Source: Blastocatellia bacterium
GTDB taxonomy: Bacteria; Acidobacteriota; Blastocatellia; UBA7656
Reading direction: 5' to 3'
Assembly (NCBI GenBank): GCA_035248905.1
Contig: DATFGX010000010.1
Span: 175,468-239,467, forward strand
DNA length: 64,000 nucleotides
Of the stretch, positions 1 through 6,926 are shown piece by piece; the first letter of the stretch is position 1, and each line of letters opens with the position of its first letter. The translations under genes and the position numbers were made by a program. The notes beneath the pieces were generated by a model. It was given only the letters and a program-made list of their open reading frames with translations, had not been told where the DNA came from and searched no databases.

Positions 1-26
1 GGACGACCGACCTGGGAAGAAGTGAC

Positions 27-119
27 CAGTTGTCAGTGGCCAGTGGCCAGTTGGGAGAGCGCCGATCAGCCATCGCGCGTCCTTCCTGCTGGCCACTGGC
101 CACTGGCCACTGACAACTG
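27..119. repeat. Unit-built hairpin A: tandem CCAGTGG heptamers, 45-nt spacer, tandem CCACTGG heptamers
   Basis: 27-50 (cagttgtcagtggccagtggccag) is the exact reverse complement of 96-119. Both arms are tandem heptamers. The stem base lies 3 nt before ATG 123. Confidence 0.85.
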
Positions 120-122
120 CTA

Positions 123-896
123 ATGCAAGACCGCGAACAGTTGCAATTCGACTTCGACGCCGACGAGCCGGAAGCAGACCTCGAAGCCATCTTTGATGAA
201 GCCCTGCGGGCGCTGGTCGGACGCGAGCCGCGCCCGGCAGTCGAAGCGCGGTTTTATCCCTACGCCGGCCTCTCTTCGACCATCCGCTTGCGCCAGGGGC
301 GTGTCTACGCGCGCATCTCGGATATCCTCAAGCATTCGCCGCGTGACGTGCTCTACGCGCTCGCCTGCATCCTGGTGGCGAAACTTTATCGTTTGAAAGT
401 CGCCGCCGAGCACGAGCGCATCTACCGCGAGTATGCGCGTCAGCCCTCGATTCTCAACGCCACAGACGCGGCGCGGCGCACGCGCGGTTACAAGCTGACG
501 ACTTCGCCGCGCGGCCAGGTGTATGACCTCGACGAGCTGTTCGACCATCTGAACGCGCGCTACTTCGGCGGCGGGCTTGCCAAGCCGCAATTGTCCTGGA
601 GCCAGCAGAAGACGCATCGCGTGCTCGGCCACCACGACCACCTGCACGGCGCTATCATCATCAGCCGCACGCTCGACGCGCCGCGCATCCCGCGCTTTGT
701 CGTCGAATACGTGCTCTATCACGAGATGCTGCACGCCAAACACCCGCCGCGCCGCGGCAGTGAGCGCACCGTCTATCATTCGCGCCAGTTCCGCGCCGAC
801 GAGCTACAGTTCGAGCGCTATCAAGAAGCTGTCAACTGGCTCGATAAGCTCGCCGCGCCCGTTCGTCGCCAGCGCCGCGCGCGCCGCCGCGCCTGA
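123..896 (+). CDS. HExxH zinc-metallopeptidase-like protein (SprT/DUF45-like)
   Basis: 257-aa ORF with YVLYHEMLHAKH (HExxH) near the C-terminus, preceded by LSWSQQKTHRVLGHH. This layout is typical of SprT/YgjP-type proteins. The antisense ORF 120-779 is judged a GC shadow. Confidence 0.6.
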   Translation: MQDREQLQFDFDADEPEADLEAIFDEALRALVGREPRPAVEARFYPYAGLSSTIRLRQGRVYARISDILKHSPRDVLYALACILVAKLYRLKVAAEHERIYREYARQPSILNATDAARRTRGYKLTTSPRGQVYDLDELFDHLNARYFGGGLAKPQLSWSQQKTHRVLGHHDHLHGAIIISRTLDAPRIPRFVVEYVLYHEMLHAKHPPRRGSERTVYHSRQFRADELQFERYQEAVNWLDKLAAPVRRQRRARRRA

Positions 897-1093
897 ATGG
901 TCGAGTTGTAAAATGTTGTCTCCGCGGCGCCACGTCGGTCGCGCGCCGACGCTTTGGAACAAATTTCGAGCCGCAACGTTTAAGTAACCGAGCAGTGATC
1001 CTGAAGCAGGCCGGGCGGGATGTTACAAGCATTTCTTCCACCGAGATAGGGACCCAGGCTCAGAACAGAACAATATCCTTCTCCTTGGGAAAA

Positions 1094-1128
1094 CGGGGCG
1101 CTCACGCGGGCGCCCCGCTAATTTTTTA
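1094..1128 (+). terminator. Intrinsic terminator (plus strand)
   Basis: 8-bp GC stem, cggggcgc (1094-1101) pairing with gcgccccg (1110-1117), an 8-nt loop, then a T6 run at 1122-1127. Confidence 0.75.
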
Positions 1129-1301
1129 TCCGCAATTTGTGCCCAGGATTTTTGAAACCAGACCGCTGGTGTCGCGTTATTAGCAGTGTGAGTGCACCGA
1201 GCAACCGCAGCGCGATGAACTTAAATGCGCCTGATCATCGCGCTTGCGGGTTGCTATTCTAAGCGTTGTCGCTTGGGGTGAATCCTCCTCCATTACTCAC
1301 C

Positions 1302-1346
1302 GGGCGCCGCGACAGCAAGGATCGCGCGGCGCCCGCCCTTTTCTTT
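1302..1346 (+). terminator. Intrinsic terminator (plus strand)
   Basis: 10-bp GC stem, gggcgccgcg (1302-1311) pairing with cgcggcgccc (1325-1334), followed by the T-rich tail gcccttttcttt. Confidence 0.65.
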
Positions 1347-1432
1347 AGTGACAAGTGACAAGTGACGAGTGACAAGAGAGTGAGCCACTTTTCCCTGTCC
1401 TTCTTGTCACTTGTCACTCGTCACTTGTCACT
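1347..1432. repeat. Unit-built hairpin B: tandem GTGACAA/GTGACGA heptamers and their complement
   Basis: Left arm agtgacaagtgacaagtgacgagtgacaag (from 1347); right arm cttgtcacttgtcactcgtcacttgtcact (1403-1432). It lies immediately 3' of the minus-strand ABC operon stop at 1436-1438. Confidence 0.85.
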
Positions 1433-1435
1433 TCC

Positions 1436-2548
1436 TTAGGCCAGCTTCTTGTGGAACTGCACGGCGCTCAAGACGAGCAGCGCCAGCCCCATCACCGCCA
1501 GCGTCGTCACTTCCGGCAGCAAATCCATGAACGTCGCGCCGCGCAGCACAATGCCGCGGATGATCTCCATGAAGTGCGTCGCCGGCACCAGAAAGCCGAC
1601 GACCTGCATCAGCAGCGGCATCGAATCGCGCGGGAACATGAATCCCGACAGCAGCACCGAAGGCAGCATGATCAGCCACGCCAGTTGCAGCGCCTGCATC
1701 TGGTTCTGCGCCTTCGTCGAGATCAACAGGCCGATGGCCAGCGCCGTGAACAGGAAGATGATCGCCAGCCCGATCAGCAGCAGCAGCGAGCCATTGATCG
1801 GCACGTCGAAGATAATGCGCATGACGGCCAGCACCGTCAGCGTTTCAAAAATGCCGATCAATCCATAAGGCACGAGCTTGCCCAACATCAAGCCGAACGG
1901 GCGGATGGGCGTGACCAGCAATTGTTCGAGCGTGCCGCGCTCGCGCTCGCGGACAATCGAAAACGCCGTCAGCATCGTCGTGATGATTTGCAGGATGACC
2001 GCCACCAGTCCCGGCACCATGAAATTGGCCGAGCGCATATCCGGGTTGAACAGCATCTTCGGGCGCACGTCAATCGGCAGCCCTGATGAATTCATTGAGC
2101 CGACCAGCTTGCTGATCGATTGCGACAAGCCGACCGACGTGGAGACTTGCAGGCTCTGCGACGCAATGCTCGAATCCGAGCCATCGATCAAGACCAGCAC
2201 GGGCGCTTGCTGATCGTTCAACAAGCGGTCGGAATAGTCAGGCGGAATCTTGATGCCGACCTTGGCACGCCCGCTGACAATGGCGCGGTTCAACTCGGCG
2301 TCCGACGTGACATATTCATTAATCAGAAAATAGTCGGTGTTTTCAAAGGCGGCGATCAAGTCGCGCGACTGCTGACCAACGTCCAGGTTATAAACCACCG
2401 TCTTGATGTTGCGCACGTCCGTGTTGATGGCGTAGCCGAAGATCGTCAGTTGCAACATCGGGATGATCAGCATCAGCACCAGCGTGATCGGGTCACGGCT
2501 GATCTGGATGATCTCTTTGTAGAAGATCGAACCGAATCCTTTGAACAT
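1436..2548 (-). CDS. ABC-2 type transporter permease
   Basis: 370-aa ORF with an N-terminal TM segment, a large periplasmic loop and a C-terminal multi-TM block (YhhJ/YbhR-like layout). It starts 11 nt downstream of the ABC ATPase gene. Confidence 0.85.
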   Translation of the reverse strand: MFKGFGSIFYKEIIQISRDPITLVLMLIIPMLQLTIFGYAINTDVRNIKTVVYNLDVGQQSRDLIAAFENTDYFLINEYVTSDAELNRAIVSGRAKVGIKIPPDYSDRLLNDQQAPVLVLIDGSDSSIASQSLQVSTSVGLSQSISKLVGSMNSSGLPIDVRPKMLFNPDMRSANFMVPGLVAVILQIITTMLTAFSIVRERERGTLEQLLVTPIRPFGLMLGKLVPYGLIGIFETLTVLAVMRIIFDVPINGSLLLLIGLAIIFLFTALAIGLLISTKAQNQMQALQLAWLIMLPSVLLSGFMFPRDSMPLLMQVVGFLVPATHFMEIIRGIVLRGATFMDLLPEVTTLAVMGLALLVLSAVQFHKKLA

Positions 2549-2558
2549 AGCCTGCCTC

Positions 2559-3506
2559 TCAGTGCCCGTTGCCGGCGTGGCGGCGCGTCAAGGTCACAAA
2601 CACGTCTTCGAGCGAAGGCCGCGCCGGCGTCGCTTCGACCTCATGGATGCCGATGTCTGCGAGCGTTTCCTTGAGCCGCTCAATCGGCACGTCGCTCTTC
2701 ATCAGCAAGTGAATCGATTGCCCGAAGATCGTCGCGCTCTGAACATAATCGGCGCGCTTTAGCTCGGCCAGCGCGACGGTCGTGTTCGCGCAACTGACCT
2801 CGGCCCACTTCATGTCGGGCGGCGTCACTTCGGCCATCTGCTTGAGCGTGTCGGGCGCGCCGTAGGTAATCAGCCGCGAGTTGTAGATGTAACCGACACG
2901 CGCGCAGCGTTCAGCTTCATCCATGTAATGTGTCGTCACAAACAAAGTGATGCCCTGGCCCGAAAGCTGAAAGAACAAGTCCCACAGCTCGCGCCGCGCT
3001 ACGGGGTCGATGCCGGCGGTCGGCTCGTCGAGAAAGATGATCCGCGGCTCATGCACCAGCGCGCAGGCCAGGGCCAGCCGCTGCTTCCAGCCGCCCGATA
3101 GCCGGCCTGCGCGCCGGTCTGTGAAGCGGTTGATGTGTGTCAGATCGATGACCGCCTGGCGGCGCTCCTTCAAGCGCTCGCCCTTCAAGCCGTAGACGTG
3201 CGCGTAAAAGTTGATGTTCTCCCAGACCGTCAGGTCCGTGTAGAGGCTGAACTGCTGCGACATGTAACCGATGCTCTGGCGAATCTCATCGGTCTGTTTG
3301 AGGATGTCGAAGCCGGCGACCGTCGCCGTCCCGCCGCTCGGCGTGATCAGCCCGCAGAGCATGCGGATGATCGTTGACTTGCCCGACCCGTTGGGGCCGA
3401 GAAAGCCGAAGATCTCGCCGTTGGCCACGGCAAAGCTCACCTCGTTGACGGCGGTGAAATTGCCGAAGCGTTTCGTCAGCCCATGAATTTCGATTGCTGC
3501 GTCCAT
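2559..3506 (-). CDS. ABC transporter ATP-binding protein
   Basis: Walker [10 protein letters not shown], signature LSGGWKQRL, Walker [13 protein letters not shown]. Confidence 0.9.
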   Translation of the reverse strand: MDAAIEIHGLTKRFGNFTAVNEVSFAVANGEIFGFLGPNGSGKSTIIRMLCGLITPSGGTATVAGFDILKQTDEIRQSIGYMSQQFSLYTDLTVWENINFYAHVYGLKGERLKERRQAVIDLTHINRFTDRRAGRLSGGWKQRLALACALVHEPRIIFLDEPTAGIDPVARRELWDLFFQLSGQGITLFVTTHYMDEAERCARVGYIYNSRLITYGAPDTLKQMAEVTPPDMKWAEVSCANTTVALAELKRADYVQSATIFGQSIHLLMKSDVPIERLKETLADIGIHEVEATPARPSLEDVFVTLTRRHAGNGH

Positions 3507-3522
3507 AGTGGGTTTCGGGTGT

Positions 3523-3595
3523 CAGGTGTTGGGTGTTGGGTGGCGGATTGCAAAGTCGGGCATTCTGAAACCCGACACCTAACACCCAACACCTG
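3523..3595. repeat. Unit-built hairpin C: tandem GGTGTTG heptamers and their complement, intercistronic
   Basis: caggtgttgggtgttgggtg (3523-3542) pairs with cacctaacacccaacacctg (3576-3595) with one mismatch. There is an inner hairpin, tcggg...cccga. It fills the 93-nt gap between the HlyD stop (3600) and the ATPase start (3506). Confidence 0.8.
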
Positions 3596-3599
3596 GCAC

Positions 3600-4751
3600 C
3601 TATTTCATGATGCTCACGTCGGCGGCCATGCCGGCGCGCAGCTTGTGCGAGCTGTTGTCAATGCGGACGCGCAGGGCGAAGACCTGGTGCTCGCGCTCGC
3701 TGCGCGTCTGCACGTTGCGCGGCGTGAACTCGCCGCGACTGGCGATCTGCTCAATCGTCCCTTTGAAGCTCTCGTTCTTGTAGGTGTCAACTTTAACCGT
3801 CACCTCTTTGCCGAGCTGCGCGTAGCCCAGCTCCGGCTCAGGCATGTAGACGCGCACCCACAGGCGGTTCAATTCGACCAGCGTCGCGACCGGCGCGTTC
3901 GGGTTGATCAAGTCGCCGGGCCGCACGCGCAGCACTTCGATGAAGGCGTCGGCGGGCGCGCGGACTTCAAGCTCGCCGAGCTGCGTCTTGATCTGTTCGA
4001 GCGTGGCGCGGGCGCGGTCGAGCTGTGCGCGCGCCGCGGCGATGTCTTCCTTGCGGGAGCCATTGCGCATCATCTGATATTGCGCGGCGGCTTCGTTGTA
4101 TTGCCGCTCGGCGCGCTTGACCTCTTCGCTGCGCGTGCCGGCCAGCAGCATGTCGAGCCGCTGTTTGGCGGCGTCGCGCTGGCCGGCGGCGCGGTCAAAC
4201 GCTGCCTTCGCGTTGTCGTAGTCCTGTTTTGATTGAATGCCATCACGCACCAGTTTCTCGACGCGAGCGAGCGTCGCGCGCGCCACTTCGTAGTCGGCGT
4301 TGGCCGCTTCCAACTGGCCGCGCGCCGCTTCAATCTCCTGGCGGCGCGGGCCATTGCGCGCTTCTTCGAGCGCCATCCAGGCGGCCTCGGCCTGCGCCTT
4401 CGCCTGCGCCACTTCTTCGGGGCGAAAGCCGTTTACCAGCTTTTGATAATTGGCGTCGGCCTGCGCGACGGCGGCTTCGGCGTCAGCCCGCCGCGCGTTC
4501 AGGTCATAGGCTTCGAAGCGAATCAGCGGGTCGCCCTGCTTGACCTCCTGGCCTTCGCGCACCAGAACTTCACTGATGCGCCCGCCGAGCTTCGAGCCGA
4601 TGTGAATCTCGTCGGCTTCGATGTTGCCCGAAAGCACGATGCGGTCGGTGGCGGCGCGGCTGGTGAAATACTTGACGGTCGCCGCCGCGCCGACCGCGGC
4701 GAGCGCCAGCGCGCCGATCAATAGCGTCTTGCGAAATCTGCTGGTCATCAT
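3600..4751 (-). CDS. HlyD-family membrane fusion protein
   Basis: 383 aa with an N-terminal TM segment, a long Ala/Gln/Arg-rich coiled-coil centre and a C-terminal beta domain. Its start overlaps the TetR stop by 4 nt. Confidence 0.85.
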   Translation of the reverse strand: MMTSRFRKTLLIGALALAAVGAAATVKYFTSRAATDRIVLSGNIEADEIHIGSKLGGRISEVLVREGQEVKQGDPLIRFEAYDLNARRADAEAAVAQADANYQKLVNGFRPEEVAQAKAQAEAAWMALEEARNGPRRQEIEAARGQLEAANADYEVARATLARVEKLVRDGIQSKQDYDNAKAAFDRAAGQRDAAKQRLDMLLAGTRSEEVKRAERQYNEAAAQYQMMRNGSRKEDIAAARAQLDRARATLEQIKTQLGELEVRAPADAFIEVLRVRPGDLINPNAPVATLVELNRLWVRVYMPEPELGYAQLGKEVTVKVDTYKNESFKGTIEQIASRGEFTPRNVQTRSEREHQVFALRVRIDNSSHKLRAGMAADVSIMK

Positions 4752-5431
4752 CGTTGCCCCTTTCGGCGGCGCGTCGCCGTCGCCCGACGGGCGCGCTTGC
4801 CGGGGTTGTCTTGACTGGCGCGGGCCGCGCCGTTGAAGAAAAGATCGATGGTGTGCGTCGCCAGCCGCTCGATGAACGGCTCGTCGAATTGCAGCTTGCC
4901 GAAAGCCATCGTGATGATCGGGCGCAGAAGCTGAAAGACGACGATCATGCCGATCAAGCTGATGGGCGCAAGGTCTACGTCAATCGCGCGCAGCTCGCCG
5001 CTGCGCACGCCTTCGGCCATCGCCTCGCGCAGCATGCCGTAATTGGTCGGGCCGTACTTTGGAAAGACCTGCATGAAGTGCTTACCGCCCGACAGCATCT
5101 CGCGCGACAGGATGCGCGCCAGATGCGGGTGGTCGAAGAGGTAGCCGGCGTAGGCGCGGACGAAGCGCGTCAGCCGCTCTTCAAGCGTGCTCGCGCTCTG
5201 CATGGCTTCGGCGATCAGGCCGCGTACGGTCGAGGCGGCGTTCTCGATGACGGCGAGGTAGAGGTTCTCTTTGTTGCCGAAGTAATAATGGATCATCGCG
5301 CCGTTGACGCCCGCCGCTGCGGCGATCTGGCGGACGCCGACGCCGGCAAAGCCGTGCTCGGCGAATAGCGTCTCTGCCGCCGCCAGAACGTTCGCGCGCG
5401 CCTTCGGGTCATCGGTCTTCGGTCTTGCCAT
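4748..5431 (-). CDS. TetR-family transcriptional regulator
   Basis: N-terminal HTH (AAAETLFAEHGFAGVGVRQIAAAAGVNGAMIHYYFGNKENLY). ATG at 5431 is preceded by GAGG; GTG at 5437 is an alternative start. Confidence 0.9.
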   Translation of the reverse strand: MARPKTDDPKARANVLAAAETLFAEHGFAGVGVRQIAAAAGVNGAMIHYYFGNKENLYLAVIENAASTVRGLIAEAMQSASTLEERLTRFVRAYAGYLFDHPHLARILSREMLSGGKHFMQVFPKYGPTNYGMLREAMAEGVRSGELRAIDVDLAPISLIGMIVVFQLLRPIITMAFGKLQFDEPFIERLATHTIDLFFNGAARASQDNPGKRARRATATRRRKGQR

Positions 5432-5443
5432 ACCCACCTCGAA

Positions 5444-5463
5444 TTAATCAAACGTTTGATTAA
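5444..5463. promoter_or_regulatory. Perfect 20-bp palindrome, candidate TetR operator
   Basis: ttaatcaaacgtttgattaa is its own reverse complement. It lies 13 nt upstream of the TetR ATG, in an AT-rich patch of a GC-rich genome. Confidence 0.6.
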
Positions 5464-5605
5464 AGAATAGAGTTCGCAGAAAGCTTAGTCAAGGCCGGGG
5501 CTTGCGGCGGGTCGGCGGGTGGACTTAGAATGATTTCAAAGGACACTTGCCGACGATCAGCCGACCTATTGAGCACCAACTCCCCAGAAACTGAAGACGT
5601 TGATT

Positions 5606-6784
5606 ATGCCGAGCAGAATTTTGCTTGCGGTTTCTGACCCACAACTGCGGCGCGCCGCCACCGAGGCGCTCCAGGCCGAGAAGATTCAAAGCATCGGCGC
5701 GGAAGACGGCAATACCGCGCTGGGCTTGCTGAACGCCTTGTCGCCGGACGTGCTGGTGGCCGAGATCGCGCTGCCGGGCAAAGATGGCTATGCGCTTTGC
5801 CAGTACGTCCGCCAGTCGGCCAACTTCCAATCGCTGCCGGTGGTGCTTCTCGATCACCACTTCGACGCCATCAATCGCAAGATCGCTGTCAGGGTCGGCG
5901 CTACGATCTATCTGAATCAGCCGTTCACGTCGGGCGAGCTGGTCGAAGTCGTCCGCCGGTTGCTTGTGAACAAGGCAGAGGCGAAGGCCGAGACAGAGAC
6001 GCCGCCGGTTGAAAAGAAAGTTGAGGTGAAAGTCGCAGCGCCACCGCGACCGACGCCGGTCGCCACCGAACTGCACGCGACCGAGATGGCGCTTGCGCCT
6101 TACAGGCAAAAGGCTGCGTTGTTGCCGCGTGACAAGCCATCGCACCGACCGCACGGCTATCTGGCGTTCTTTGCCGTCGCCTTGATCGTCTTGCTCGTCG
6201 GTGTCGCGCTGGCGTTCTGGTTGCGCGCGCAAACGGCAGATGGTCACCTGAGTCTGGCGCAGCCGGCCATCGATGTTTCATTGCCTGAGCGGAGCAGCGC
6301 GGCGGCGATTCAACCCGATCAGGCCGCGACGCCGCAGCCTGCGGCTGAAGCGGGCGCGAGCGCCGAATCATCTCCACAAGTGGAGAGCCGACCGGCGGCC
6401 CCGACAGCGCAAGCCCTGAACAGACGTGTTGCGCGCCGTGCGCCCGCAGGCATCGCCAGCCTGCCGAATCACAGGCCGAAGTCGCCAACGCGGCAGCAGG
6501 AACCGCCGCGCCCGGTGACTGCCGCTGCGCCCGCCCATCCGGGGCCGCCCGCCGCCACCCACCGCCCCCAGGATACGCCTGCGGCTCGCACGTCTGCTGC
6601 AAAGTCGAACCCGAACGGCAATTCATGGCAAAGAGCCGGCCAGGAGATGGCGGCTGCCGGCGAGCACTTCGCCAGCGGCATTAAGCACGTCGGCAAGGGG
6701 AGCGGGAAATTCTTTCTCTGGCTCGGCAAGAAGGTGGGCAGCGGCTTCAAACAGGTCGGCAAGACCGTGAAGCGCGCCTTCTGA
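5606..6784 (+). CDS. Membrane-anchored protein with a degenerate (pseudo) receiver domain and a Pro/Ala-rich tail
   Basis: REC-like N-terminus with the acceptor position as Glu (PDVLVAEIALPGKDG) and KPF as QPF (YLNQPF). One TM segment (YLAFFAVALIVLLVGVALAFWL), then a low-complexity P/A-rich region. A TTG start at 5600 is also possible. Confidence 0.6.
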   Translation: MPSRILLAVSDPQLRRAATEALQAEKIQSIGAEDGNTALGLLNALSPDVLVAEIALPGKDGYALCQYVRQSANFQSLPVVLLDHHFDAINRKIAVRVGATIYLNQPFTSGELVEVVRRLLVNKAEAKAETETPPVEKKVEVKVAAPPRPTPVATELHATEMALAPYRQKAALLPRDKPSHRPHGYLAFFAVALIVLLVGVALAFWLRAQTADGHLSLAQPAIDVSLPERSSAAAIQPDQAATPQPAAEAGASAESSPQVESRPAAPTAQALNRRVARRAPAGIASLPNHRPKSPTRQQEPPRPVTAAAPAHPGPPAATHRPQDTPAARTSAAKSNPNGNSWQRAGQEMAAAGEHFASGIKHVGKGSGKFFLWLGKKVGSGFKQVGKTVKRAF

Positions 6785-6806
6785 GGTGGCTCTCAAATAC
6801 GCAGCG

Positions 6807-6905
6807 CTGTAGGGGCAGGGCTTGTCCCTGCCCGGATGGCGCGTAGCGCCATGACTGGTCATCGCCTATCGGCGATCCGGGCAGGGACAAGCCCTGCCCC
6901 TACAG
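6807..6905. repeat. 99-bp palindromic REP/MITE-like element, copy 1
   Basis: Perfect 29-bp terminal inverted repeats, ctgtaggggcagggcttgtccctgcccgg and ccgggcagggacaagccctgcccctacag. Each arm is itself a hairpin. The centre carries atggcgc-gta-gcgccat and atcgcc...ggcgat palindromes. A near-identical copy is at 47834-47930. Confidence 0.9.
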
Positions 6906-6926
6906 TTAAACGCGATTGAAAACCGG

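Noticed and set aside
995-1183. 62-aa ORF in the ORF-free region.
   Set aside because: It runs straight through the 1094-1128 intrinsic terminator and has no RBS. The region is more plausibly non-coding RNA.
1347-1432. Possibility that the short tandem-unit repeats are CRISPR arrays.
   Set aside because: The units are 7-10 nt and contiguous, without spacers. Each locus is an inverted pair forming a hairpin. There are no 25-40 nt repeats with unique spacers, and no cas genes in the window.
6240-6640. Pro/Ala-rich stretch of the pseudo-receiver protein as a separate gene or a frameshifted region; alternative ORFs 5925-6626 and 6469-6762 on the minus strand.
   Set aside because: The frame is continuous with the upstream REC-like domain and TM segment. 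The competing ORFs are equally low-complexity shadows. I kept it as one CDS with moderate confidence.
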